A stretch of DNA of 64,000 nt. Origin: an uncultured delta proteobacterium (lineage in GTDB: Bacteria > Desulfobacterota > Desulfomonilia > UBA1062). A program made the position numbers and the translations under genes. The notes under the pieces were generated by a model that was given only the letters and a program-made list of their open reading frames with translations, ran no database searches and was not told where the DNA came from. The DNA lies in NCBI GenBank assembly GCA_963752595.1, contig CAVVYZ010000017.1, positions 64,001 to 128,000 on the forward strand, read 5' to 3'. Below are positions 9,829 to 21,380 of the stretch, piece after piece (position 1 is the first letter of the stretch; every line of letters begins with the position of its first letter).

Positions 9829-11248
9829 TAGAGCCGATTGCAAAACTCACAACGAGGGATAATATTGCGAATCAGCATATAAGTAATGAAATAGTGAAGA
9901 GAAAGCTCTATTCTTTTTGTGCTGAGCAAAAAGAAAGGAGAAGCGATGAGCAATCTCTTCGAGATATGGAATACCAGACAGGCGAGATTTTTCCATGGTT
10001 GGAAGAGAGACTCGATCCGTTGAGTGATAAGGAGCAGCAATTTGTGAGAGTTGTCTGTCTGATGGACCTGCCGAAGCACATGCAGGGGTATCGCTGGATC
10101 GGGATAGGGAGGAAGCGAGAGGACAGGGTCTCAATTGCGAAGGCGTTTGTGGCGAAGGCGGTATACAATTTTGAGACGACGAAGGTGCTCATGGAGTATC
10201 TGAAGGGGTGCAAGAATCCGAGGCGGTTATGCGGATGGGAGACGAGAGGAGATATTCCCTCTGAGTCGACCTTTTGCCGGGCGTTTGGGGAGTACTCCCA
10301 TGGATGCCTGCCACAGAAGATCCACGAGGCCATGGTGGAGGAGCATTGTGGGGACAAGCTTGTGGGTCATGTGAGCCGGGATGCGACGGCCATAGAGGCG
10401 CGAGAGACGAGAGAAGACGATAAAGAAAGAAGCGGGTGAAACTGCGTCGGTGCCGAAGAGGAAACGGGGCCGCCCCAGGCAGGGAGAAGAAGTTGCTCCC
10501 AAGCCTCCGAAGAGGCTGGATCTTCAGGTTGGCCGGAGCCTGGAGGAGAATCTAAAGGATCTGCCGTATCACTGTGCTGTAGGGACCAAGGTAGACAGCA
10601 AGGGATACAAGATGACCCGGAGGGGATACAAGCTGCATATCGACTGTATTGATGGGGATATTCCGGTGAGTGCATTATTAACCTCTGCGTCATTGCATGA
10701 TTCCCAGGCAGCGATACCGCTTATGCAGATGACGTCGAAGCGGGTGGTGAGTCTGTATGATCTTATGGATTCCGCCTATGATGCGCCGCAGATCAAGGAA
10801 TTCAGTGAGGCGCTCTCGCATGTTCCGATCATTGATCCCAACCAGAGGCGAGGAGAGAAGATCCCGCTTGATCCAGCCAGGAAAGCTCGTTTTGCGCAAA
10901 GGAGCAGTAGTGAGAGAGTAAACTCGTATCTGAAAGACAACCACGGAGGAAATCATATCCGGGTAAGGGGGGCATCCAAGATCATGGCACATCTCATGTT
11001 CGGGCTCATTGTCATAACGGCAAATCAGCTTTTTCAGATGCTTTGTTGAAAGGTGTACATGCAAACTAGGACATATTCTCGGTACTTCCTGTGCAGTATG
11101 GCGGACAGCTACGCCCGAAAATCCGCATTTGGGCAATTTTTAGAATGGTAACATCAGGTAAACAGCTCTCATGACCTTGAACACAGAAAGTAACAGCGGC
11201 TTTGGGCTTCAAAATCTAAACCGGCTGAGAGTTTTGCAATCGGCTCTA
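9829..11248 (+). mobile_element. Insertion sequence (DDE transposase, IS4/IS5-like) with 20-bp perfect terminal inverted repeats
   Basis: TAGAGCCGATTGCAAAACTC at 9829-9848 and its exact reverse complement at 11229-11248 flank a transposase. The outer TA may be a duplicated target. Confidence 0.9.
9946..11049 (+). CDS. DDE transposase, split by two apparent frameshifts (~9981, ~10410)
   Basis: RBS GAAAGGAG precedes ATG 9946 (MSNLFEIWNTRQ). Continues as AKAFVAKAVYN...PSESTFCRAF...SRDATAI, then GYKLHID...DLMDSAYD...SERVNSYLKD. Confidence 0.85.
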
Positions 11249-11302
11249 TTGATAAACATTTTTCCCAATAAATATTGATTATAATAAAGAAAGGATTAAG
11301 CC

Positions 11303-11497
11303 ATGATAAACGTTGAACTTACCCATGAAGAATTTTCGTTGGTAAGAATGCTCCTCTTCAGAGAAGAAGCCTCCGTACGAGTTGAAACCCATCATGCACG
11401 AGGTGTATTCGAATACAGTGAATACTTGAGATCCCGCGAAAAAGAGATCAGGAAGCTTCTTGATAAATTGGAAAAGGTCAGTCCAGGCAAAGCATAA
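11303..11497 (+). CDS. Small helical hypothetical protein (64 aa)
   Basis: AAAGGA RBS; amphipathic helical sequence; no conflicting overlap. Confidence 0.65.
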   Translation: MINVELTHEEFSLVRMLLFREEASVRVETHHARGVFEYSEYLRSREKEIRKLLDKLEKVSPGKA

Positions 11498-11670
11498 ACA
11501 TCGGGCTGAATGAGCTGATCAGCTGACAAATCAATAATATCCCTGTACACTGAGGATGAAATATCGATTGCCATATTTATTCTAGATGAAAGTTATAATG
11601 TCCTTCAGATGAGTATGCGGAAGGCGCATGAATCTTTGTTGTATTCTTCAGCAAGGGCTTACCCGGGATA

Positions 11671-11688
11671 AGAATGAACCCTCATTCA
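11671..11688. promoter_or_regulatory. TetR/FadR-like operator palindrome upstream of fadAB
   Basis: AGAATGA-accc-TCATTCA, 8 bp upstream of the -35 hexamer. Resembles the B. subtilis FadR box TGAATGAnnnnTCATTCA. Confidence 0.6.
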
Positions 11689-11696
11689 GATATTCC

Positions 11697-11725
11697 TTGA
11701 CACTACCCTTCCTCGCGAGTAAAAT
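11697..11725 (+). promoter_or_regulatory. Sigma70-type promoter of the fadA-fadB operon
   Basis: TTGACA-17 bp-TAAAAT. Confidence 0.75.
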
Positions 11726-11823
11726 CTATACCTGCCCAAAACAACCAAAGTCGTTTGTGTTAGCTTTCCAGAATTCACGGAGAAAGACAAAGAAACATCT
11801 AAGCTCTCAGGAGGAGGAAAAAA

Positions 11824-13032
11824 ATGGATTTAAGAGATGCCTATTTCGTTGACGGCTGTCGTACATGGTTCGGAAAGTCTAGGCCTGATGGACTGTTTTG
11901 GTCCACACGGGCTGACGACATGGTCACAAAGGTCCTCTATGAGCTCCAGAAGAGGAACCCCACGGTTCCCTGGGGCGAAGTCGATGACTGCATCATCGGT
12001 GCAACGACCCAGTCGGGAGACCAGGGCACCACGATGGGCAGGGCCGTGGTATTCACCGCCGGTCTTCCCGAGTCGGTTCCCGGATTCTCCGTTGACCGTA
12101 TGTGCGCTGGCGGCATGACCTGCCAGGCCTTCGGTGCGTCCTTCATCAAGTCAGGCAGTGCAGACATGATCATCGCCGGCGGCGTGGAGCACATGGCCCA
12201 TCACCCCATGGGACAGGGCGCAGACCCGAACCCTAGGATCGTCACCGAGAAAATGGTTGCCCCCAAGTACTTCAACATGGGCAACACGGCAGAGAAGCTG
12301 CACGACTGGATGCCGGAACACGGCGAGCAGCCGGTCACCAAGGAAGAGTGCGACGAGTACGCCTACCTCGTCCTCGAGAGGTACTTCAAAGCTCTCGACG
12401 CGGGCTACTACGATAAGCATTGCGTTGACATGACCGTGTTCTCCCCCAACGGATGGAAGGTTGCCAACTATGACGAGCAGGCCAAGCGCGGCACTACCCT
12501 TGAGAGCATCAAGAATCTCAGGAGGTTCCCGTTCAAGGCAGAAGGCCACGTAACCCCGGCCAACGCATCCGGTCTGAACGATGGCGCGTGCGTGTCGCTC
12601 CTCATGTCCGGACAGAAGTGCAAAGAGCTCGGTATCAAGCCCAAGATGAAGTTCGTTGGCGCCTCCTTCATCGGCGTTGACCCCACCGTCATGGGCTGGG
12701 GCCCGGTGCCTTCCACCGAGAAGGTCCTGAAGAGGTTCGGCATGAAGTTCGAAGACCTCGACTACATCGAGCTCAACGAAGCATTCGCAGTCCAGGCAGT
12801 CGGCTTCATGAAGCACTTCGGCATGAAGCTTCCCGAAGACCCCAGGCTCAACCCGTACGGCGGCACCATAGCCATGGGCCATCCGCTGGCCAGCTCCGGT
12901 ATCCGCCTGAGCATGCAGCTCGCCCAGGACTTTGAGATGAACCCGAAGGCCAAGTACGGCCTCACCACCATGTGCGTGGGCCTTGGCATGGGCGGTTCTA
13001 TAATTTGGGAAAATGTTGTAGGGAAAATTTAG
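11824..13032 (+). CDS. fadA: Acetyl-CoA C-acyltransferase (thiolase)
   Basis: RMCAGG, ASGLNDGA, NEAFA, GHPLASSG and MCVGLGMG thiolase motifs; strong RBS GGAGGAGG. Confidence 0.93.
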   Translation: MDLRDAYFVDGCRTWFGKSRPDGLFWSTRADDMVTKVLYELQKRNPTVPWGEVDDCIIGATTQSGDQGTTMGRAVVFTAGLPESVPGFSVDRMCAGGMTCQAFGASFIKSGSADMIIAGGVEHMAHHPMGQGADPNPRIVTEKMVAPKYFNMGNTAEKLHDWMPEHGEQPVTKEECDEYAYLVLERYFKALDAGYYDKHCVDMTVFSPNGWKVANYDEQAKRGTTLESIKNLRRFPFKAEGHVTPANASGLNDGACVSLLMSGQKCKELGIKPKMKFVGASFIGVDPTVMGWGPVPSTEKVLKRFGMKFEDLDYIELNEAFAVQAVGFMKHFGMKLPEDPRLNPYGGTIAMGHPLASSGIRLSMQLAQDFEMNPKAKYGLTTMCVGLGMGGSIIWENVVGKI

Positions 13033-13044
13033 GAGGTTGTCGTC

Positions 13045-15122
13045 ATGGCTAAATATATAACTGAATGCAAACTCAACTACTTCAATTCGAAGAAGGCAGG
13101 CAAGATCGCCATCGTCACGATGGACAACGGGCAGCAGTACAACATCCCCAACACCTGGGGCACCGAGGCCCTCGAGTCCCTGAACAAGGTCCTCGACACC
13201 GTTGAGAAAGACCCCGACGTAAAAGGCTGGTTCATGACCGGCAAGCCCTTCATCTTCAACGTGGGCGCAGACATCATGAGCGCAAACCCGAACGTATCGA
13301 GGGAAGAAGCCCTCCAGATCGGCCTCGTCGGCCACAAGGCCTTCAAGCGGATCATGGATCTCAAGATCCCGACCATGGCAGCCATCAACGGCGCCACCAT
13401 GGGCGGCGGCTGCGAAGTGGGCCTCTACCACAACTACCGCACCATCTCCAAGAGCCCGGGCGGCTGCGACCACTATGCGCTTCCCGAGTGCTTCCTGGGC
13501 CTCGTGCCCGGTTGGGGTGGAACCCAGCTCGTGACCAAGCTGGCCGGTCCCCAGGCAGCCATCGATCTCATCATCATGAACCCGCTCAACATGAACAAGA
13601 TGATCAACTCCGTCAAGGCTTACGAGATGGGCCTGGCTGACTTCCTGCTCACTCCTGGCGACTTCACCGGCGCATCCCTCGAGATCTTCGAGAAGATCAT
13701 CACCGGCGAGCTCAAGGTCGACCGCAAGAAGGTCGACCCCAAGATGAGCGACGATCTCTACAACCGACCAAGTTCCAGATCATGGGCCGCGTCCATTCCG
13801 GCGCCAAAGCCCCCTACGTGGCCCTCGACCTCATCAAGGGCGCAGCAGGCTGGTCCTGGGATGAGGGCTTCCAGAAAGAGACCGAGGCCTTGGCTGACGC
13901 GATCGTGTCCGACCAGTTCAAGTGCGGCCTCTACTCCTTCGACCTCACCCAGCGCCGCGCCAAGAAGCTCCCCGGCCGTCCGCCCAGAGAGGTGAAGGGC
14001 AACAAGATCAACAAAATCGGCGTCATCGGCGCAGGCCTCATGGCATCGCAGATGGCCCTGATCTTCGCACAGCGCTACCAGATCCCGGTCCTCATGAAGG
14101 ATATCAAGCAGGAGTTCGTTGACAAGGGCCTGGCCTACTGCCGCGACCAGCTGGGCAAGTCCGCCAAGAAGGGCAAGATGTCCGCTGCAGAAGCCAAGTG
14201 GATGGGCGAAGAGCTCATCAAAGGCACCGTGACCTATGACGGGTTCGAAGAATGCGACTTCATCATCGAAGGCGTGTTCGAAGAGATGGGCATCAAGCAG
14301 AAGATATTCGGCGACCTCGAGGCGGTCTGCAAGCCCGAGTGCCTGTTCCTCACCAACACCTCGTCCCTCGACGTGGCCGAGATGGGCAAGTTCCTCAAGG
14401 ATCCGGGCCGTGTGGTCGGCTTCCACTTCTTCAACCCCATCGCTATGCTGCCGCTGGTCGAGATCATCAGGACCGATGCAACCACCGATGTGACCCTGGC
14501 AACGGCATTCGACATCGCCAAGAAGATCAAGAAGACACCGGTTCTCGTGAAGAACGCAGGCGGCTTCCTGGTCAACAGGATCCTGCTGGCATGGAACGAC
14601 GGCATCTTCAAGTGCATCGACGAAGGCGCCGACTTCATGCAGGTGGACAACGCGGTTCACGACCTGGGTTACCCCATGTCTCCATTCACCCTGGCAGGGC
14701 TGGTCGGACCTGCCATTGCACTCCACGTGCAGGAGACCCTGAACAAGTCATGGCCCGACAGGTTCCCGGTCAGCCAGGGTCTCAAGAACCTGGTGGCAAA
14801 GGGCAAGAAGCAGCTGCTCGTCTTCACCGACAAGGGCGTGGATATCGATCCCGACATCAAGGCAGGCTGGCCGCAGGGCAACAAAAAGTTCACCGATGAC
14901 GAGATCAGGGAAATCGTCCTGTCCCGCGTCGCCGTGGAAATCCGCCACATCCTCGACGAAGGCGTGGTGGCAAGCCCGAAGGACGTCGACACCGGCGTGA
15001 TCATGGGCGCAGGCTGGCCCTTCTTCATGGGCGGCATCACCCCGTACCTCGACTACAAGGGAATTTCGGAGAAGGCCACCGGCAAGAAGTTCCACCCGGA
15101 TGGATTCCTGAAGTTCGATTAA
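13045..15122 (+). CDS. fadB: Fatty acid oxidation multifunctional enzyme (enoyl-CoA hydratase / 3-hydroxyacyl-CoA dehydrogenase), one frameshift near 13770
   Basis: Crotonase motifs GGGCE and LPECFLGLVPGWGGT in ORF 13045. Dehydrogenase motifs GAGLMA, TNTSSL, GFHFFNP and GFLVNRIL in ORF 13782. Confidence 0.9.
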
Positions 15123-15144
15123 GAATAAGTCAACAGTGACCATC

Positions 15145-15185
15145 AAGCCGGGCAGCTCCTCAAGAGGGTTGCCCGGCTTCTTTTG
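15145..15185 (+). terminator. Intrinsic terminator after fadB
   Basis: AAGCCGGGCAGCTC...GGGTTGCCCGGCTT hairpin followed by a T-run. Confidence 0.8.
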
Positions 15186-15398
15186 CCTCTTGACTTTAAT
15201 AGAAAGGATTCCCCGCACAAGAGTAATCGTAACTATCAGAACTTACACGGGAACAGGCGGGTTCACACCTCTTGTTCCCGCATTTTTTCCCCTTGACATT
15301 TTTTCCCGATTCATTTAGTTGAGACTGTATCAAACTGTTTGTAGTGTATCTTTACTATTCTACAGCTCTTCATCTCAAATAGCCGAAAGGATATTAAC

Positions 15399-16645
<1,247 letters not shown>

Positions 16646-16657
16646 GAGTAAAGCAAG

Positions 16658-16888
16658 ATGAAGAAAGGCATTCACCCAGAATACAAAGAGACTACGGTTA
16701 CATGCGGCTGCGGCAACACCTTCAAGACGCGTTCGACAAAAGATGATATCCGCATAGAAATATGCAGCGCCTGTCACCCCTTCTATACCGGGCAGCAGAG
16801 GATGACCTCCGTAGCAGGCAAGGCCGAGCTGTTCAAGAGAAAGTACGGGAACTACCTCAAGCAGGAAAGCAAGCAGGATAAGAAGTAA
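16658..16888 (+). CDS. rpmE: 50S ribosomal protein L31 (zinc-binding type)
   Basis: [23 protein letters not shown]. Confidence 0.97.
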   Translation: MKKGIHPEYKETTVTCGCGNTFKTRSTKDDIRIEICSACHPFYTGQQRMTSVAGKAELFKRKYGNYLKQESKQDKK

Positions 16889-16908
16889 AGGATTATTGCC
16901 ACACTGAT

Positions 16909-17977
16909 ATGCTGGATAAACTCAAGGAGATCGAGCAGCGTTACAACGAGCTTTCCGATCTCCTCGCAGATCCCAAGATAGTCCAGGACCATTCCCGCTA
17001 TTCCGAAATCGCCAGGGAGCACGCCAACCTGGAAGAGCTCATAGGACCGTACAAGCAGCTCAAAGGCACCCTCGAGGCCATCGAGGAGAATGAAGCCATG
17101 CTCGACGAGCCTGACCCCGAGATGAAGGCAATGGTCCGGGAAGAGCTCGACTCCCTACGGGAAAAGACCCGGGAGATCGAACATACCCTGAAACTCCTCC
17201 TGATGCCCAAGGACCCAAATGATGACAAAGACGTCATCCTGGAGATAAGGGCAGGGACCGGTGGAGAAGAGGCGGGCCTGTTCGCGGCCGATCTGTTCCG
17301 TATGTATACCCGCTATGCCGAAGGCAAGGGCTGGGGCATCGAGGTCTTAAGCGTCAACGAGACCGGCATCGGCGGTTTCAAGGAAATTATTGCCGGTATA
17401 AAGGGTAGGGGGGCCTACTCGCGTTTCAAGTTCGAGATGCGGCGTTCATCGTGTCCAGAGGGTTCCGGAAACGGAAGCCAGCGGCAGGATCCATACCTCT
17501 GCAGTCACGGTCGCTGTCCTCCCCGAGGCAGAAGAGGTAGAAGTCAATATCGAACCCGCGGACTTGAGGATCGATACGTACCGGTCATCAGGCGCAGGCG
17601 GCCAGCACGTCAACAAGACCGAGTCCGCGGTGCGAATTACCCATATCCCCACCGGGATCGTCGTGTCATGCCAGGACGAGAAGTCCCAGCACAAGAACAA
17701 GGCAAAGGCCATGAGGGTATTGCGCTCCAGGATCCTTCAGAAATATCAGGAAGACCACGACCAGGCCATTGCATCCCAGAGGCGCTCCCAGGTCGGCACA
17801 GGAGACCGGAGCGAGCGTATCCGTACATATAATTATCCGCAGGGGAGGGTGACCGACCACCGGATCAACCTCACCCTCCACAAATTGCCGCAGATTCTCG
17901 AAGGAAATATCGACGACCTCATCGACGAGCTCACCACCAGATCCCAGGCCGATGCTCTCGGGCACACCGGGAGTTAA
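16909..17977 (+). CDS. prfA: Peptide chain release factor 1, one apparent +1 insertion near 17437
   Basis: [22 protein letters not shown] (PxT, RF1-specific), [11 protein letters not shown] and [15 protein letters not shown]; located between rpmE and prmC. Confidence 0.95.
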
Positions 17978-17980
17978 GAC

Positions 17981-18833
17981 GTGGTATGGACCATCCGCTC
18001 CGTAATCACCTGGGCAAAGGGGTACCTTCAGGAAAAAGGGAGCGATTCGCCCCGGCTTGATGCAGAGCTTCTTCTGGCTCATGTCCTCGGGAAGGAGCGA
18101 ATCAGTCTCTACCTCGACATGGAAAGACCGCTGGTCGATGCAGAGCTTGCCGCATATCGAGTCCTTTTGAAGAGGCGCGCTGAAAAGGAGCCGATTGCCT
18201 ATATCCTTGGGCATAAGGAATTTTATTCTCATGATTTTGCCGTAAACCGGCAGGTGCTCATCCCCCGGCCTGATACCGAGCTCCTCGTGGATAGGGCCGT
18301 GGAACTCGCACCGGAAGAAAGTGAAATATTCGAAATCGGGGTAGGCTCCGGAGCGGTGATCATCTCGATCCTCCTGGAAAGGCCGGACATCACCGGCTAC
18401 GGCAACGATATCAGCCTCGACGCGATTCATGTCGCCCTCGAAAATGCCGGCCGGCTGGGCGTTTCTGAAAGGCTCCACTTCTTTGCAGGAGATGCGTGCA
18501 AGGGCTTAAGAAAGCGATTTTCCACGGTCGTCGTGAATCCGCCCTACATAGCCGAGACACAAAAATGCTCGATAAAAGACGATGTTCTCCTGTATGAACC
18601 GGTTCGTGCCCTTTTTGCTGGAAATGAGGGTCTTGATATAATACAAGAGATCTTATCCCGGATTTCAGAATATCTCTTGCCCGGAGGAAGGCTCATCATG
18701 GAAATAGGATATGACCAGAAGGATGCAGTAGGAACAGATGGTAAGAGCTTCCGAAGGATTGACACTGCTCCTTTGGGTCAAAGATCTGGCCGGAATAGAC
18801 CGCGCGGTTATTGTGGAGAGAACGCATGGATAA
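17981..18833 (+). CDS. prmC: Release factor glutamine methyltransferase, apparent frameshift near the 3' end
   Basis: EPIAYILG, LIPRPDTE, GVGSG and NPPY motifs. The typical tail KDLAGIDR lies in another frame ending at 18833. Confidence 0.9.
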
Positions 18834-20094
18834 ATTTTTCATCCAGGGGGGCATACCCCTGAAGGGCGAAGTAACCATTTCAGGATCAAAGAATGCGGCG
18901 CTGCCTATTCTCTGCTCCTCCATTCTTGCTGAAAGGCCCTGTACCTATACCAACGTCCCCAGGCTCCTCGATATCACGACCATCGGCAAGGTGCTTGAGA
19001 CCTTGGGTATGAAGGTGAGCAGGACGGCACACGATACGATGCAGATCGATCCCGAAGGGCTTTCCTCAAAGGAAGCGCCCTATGACCTTGTCAAGAGCAT
19101 GCGGGCATCGATTCTCGTTTTGGGGCCGTTGCTCGCAAAGTTCGGTGAGGCAAAGGTGTCGCTTCCCGGCGGGTGCGCCATCGGGGTCAGGCCCGTGGAT
19201 CTGCACCTCAAGGCATTGGCGAAAATGGGGGCAGATATCAACTTGTCCCACGGGTTTGTCATGGCCAGCGTCAACGGGCGGTTGAAAGGCACGACCATTG
19301 TCTTCGACAACACTACGGTCGGCGGCACCGAGAATATCCTCATGGCTGCAGCCCTGGCAGACGGCGTTACCGTTATCCAGGGCGCTGCGAGGGAGCCCGA
19401 GGTGGCCGACCTGGCAAATGCACTGATCGCAATGGGTGCACGCATCCAGGGGGTAGGCGAGAGTACGGTCACCATCGAGGGCGTGAAAGAACTCGACGGC
19501 ATTCATTACCGGGTCATTCCCGACAGGATCGAAACCGGCACGCTGCTCGTTGCCGGTGCCATTACCAAGGGAGATATAACTCTGCGGGGCCAGAAGACGG
19601 ACCATGTCGTGGCAGTAATCGAGAAGCTCGCGGAGATGGGAGTCCGCATAGAGCATCTTCCTGACGGCGGACTGCGTGTAGACGGCCGGGGAGAGCTCCT
19701 GCCTGCTCAGGTTGAGACCGTTCCCTATCCCGGGTTCCCGACGGACATGCAGGCGCAGATCATGGCGCTCGCCTGCGTTGCGAAAGGGACTTCCCGCATC
19801 ACCGAAAATATCTTCGAGAACCGGTTCATGCATGTGCCCGAGCTGGTAAGGCTTGGAGGTTGCCTCGAGGAAGTGGGGAATACGGTCATCGTCCAGGGTG
19901 TGGAGCATTTCCAGGGCGCATCCGTCATGGCTACGGATTTGCGGGCATCTGCAAGCCTGGTCCTGGCGGCACTCAATGCCACGGGCTATAGCGAGGTGAG
20001 GAGGATATATCACCTCGACAGGGGATATGAAGCCCTGGATCAGAAACTTGCCAAGCTGGGTGCTTTCGTGAGGAGGGAAAAGGGGGACTTGTAA
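18826..20094 (+). CDS. murA: UDP-N-acetylglucosamine 1-carboxyvinyltransferase
   Basis: GSKNAALP, LPGGCAIG (catalytic Cys), PGFPTDMQ, ATDLRA, HLDRGYE. Confidence 0.97.
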   Translation: MDKFFIQGGIPLKGEVTISGSKNAALPILCSSILAERPCTYTNVPRLLDITTIGKVLETLGMKVSRTAHDTMQIDPEGLSSKEAPYDLVKSMRASILVLGPLLAKFGEAKVSLPGGCAIGVRPVDLHLKALAKMGADINLSHGFVMASVNGRLKGTTIVFDNTTVGGTENILMAAALADGVTVIQGAAREPEVADLANALIAMGARIQGVGESTVTIEGVKELDGIHYRVIPDRIETGTLLVAGAITKGDITLRGQKTDHVVAVIEKLAEMGVRIEHLPDGGLRVDGRGELLPAQVETVPYPGFPTDMQAQIMALACVAKGTSRITENIFENRFMHVPELVRLGGCLEEVGNTVIVQGVEHFQGASVMATDLRASASLVLAALNATGYSEVRRIYHLDRGYEALDQKLAKLGAFVRREKGDL

Positions 20095-21380
20095 TGGAAG
20101 TGCTGAGGACGGATAATCCCGAGTGGCAGGGGAAGCTTAAAAGGATCCTTGACCGGATGACGAGTATCCCTGCTGATGTGGACCAGACGGTCCGGGAGAT
20201 TCTCAAGGCGGTACAGGAACGAGGCGACGACGCACTGGCTGAGTATACCAGTCGGTTTGACGGGTTCGATCCTGCCCCGGACGGATTTGTCGTGACAGAA
20301 AACCGGATAGGTGAGGCTGCGGCCAGAACAGACCCCGGCGTATATACCTCCCTGGAGAAGGCCGCATCCAGGATCGAGTCGTTCCATTCCCATCAGCGCG
20401 AGCGATCTTGGATCGTTACCGAAGACAACGGCATGATCCTCGGCCAGAAGATTACCCCCATAAGCCGGGCCGGGATATACGTTCCGGGGGGAAGGAACGC
20501 GTTTCCCTCGACGCTTTTGATGAATGTTATCCCTGCAAAGATCGCAGGAGTGGATGAAATAACCGTTGTGTCTCCTACGCCCGGTGGCCTCCTGAATGAC
20601 AGTCTGCTTGCGGCTGCCCACATCGCCGGCATCAAGAAAATCTACCGGATCGGCGGTGCCCAGGCTGTTGCTGCGCTCGCCTTCGGAACAGAGACCATAC
20701 CGGCCGTGGATAAGATCGTCGGGCCCGGAAATATTTACGTAGCCCACGCCAAACGGCTCGTTCAGGACAGGGTGGGCATCGACGCCTTTGCCGGACCTTC
20801 CGAGATCCTCGTCATTGCCGATAAAGGTGCCGACCCCGGAATCGTTGCCATGGACCTGCTCTCGCAGGCAGAGCACGACCCAATGGCCTCCGCTATCCTG
20901 GTAACCCCGTATGAAGCCCTGGCAAGGGGCGTTATCGAAAGATTGAACAAAGCTGCCCTGTCGCTCCCCAGGAAGGAAGTCCTTGCCCAATCGCTGAAAA
21001 GGTACAGTCTGTGCGTCATTACGCACGATCTCGATGAGGCATTCTGCGTGGCGAACATGGTAGCACCGGAGCATCTCGAGCTCATGGTCGAGGGGGCCTT
21101 CGGTTTCCTCGGAAAGGTCAGGAACGCAGGTGCCATATTCCTCGGGTACCATACACCCGAGGCCCTGGGTGACTATGTCGCAGGGCCGAACCATACCCTG
21201 CCCACAGGGTCGACGTCACGGTTCTCCTCCCCGTTGGGCGTCCATGATTTCACCAAGAGGTCATCCATCATCAGTTCATCGGAGCAATCGACAAAGGAGC
21301 TGGGACAAACGGCCGTAAAGATTGCTCGGGCAGAAGGCCTAGAGGCGCATGCACGATCTGTCGAGATGCGTATCAAGTAA
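20094..21380 (+). CDS. hisD: Histidinol dehydrogenase
   Basis: GIYVPGG, GGAQAVAALAFGT, GPGN, AGPSE, QAEHD, APEHLE, GPNHTLPT. Confidence 0.97.
   Translation: MEVLRTDNPEWQGKLKRILDRMTSIPADVDQTVREILKAVQERGDDALAEYTSRFDGFDPAPDGFVVTENRIGEAAARTDPGVYTSLEKAASRIESFHSHQRERSWIVTEDNGMILGQKITPISRAGIYVPGGRNAFPSTLLMNVIPAKIAGVDEITVVSPTPGGLLNDSLLAAAHIAGIKKIYRIGGAQAVAALAFGTETIPAVDKIVGPGNIYVAHAKRLVQDRVGIDAFAGPSEILVIADKGADPGIVAMDLLSQAEHDPMASAILVTPYEALARGVIERLNKAALSLPRKEVLAQSLKRYSLCVITHDLDEAFCVANMVAPEHLELMVEGAFGFLGKVRNAGAIFLGYHTPEALGDYVAGPNHTLPTGSTSRFSSPLGVHDFTKRSSIISSSEQSTKELGQTAVKIARAEGLEAHARSVEMRIK

Noticed and set aside
12151-13473. Long antisense ORFs (440 aa here; also 13758-14726, 19066-20013, 20040-21194, 49644-50585)
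   Set aside because: Shadow frames opposite real genes with high GC3 codon bias; no recognisable motifs.
17430-17445. Programmed frameshift in a release factor gene
   Set aside because: The protein is RF1 (PET motif, between rpmE and prmC). The break is mid-gene in the FESGVH motif and lacks the prfB CTT-TGA site and internal Shine-Dalgarno, so a one-base insertion error fits better.
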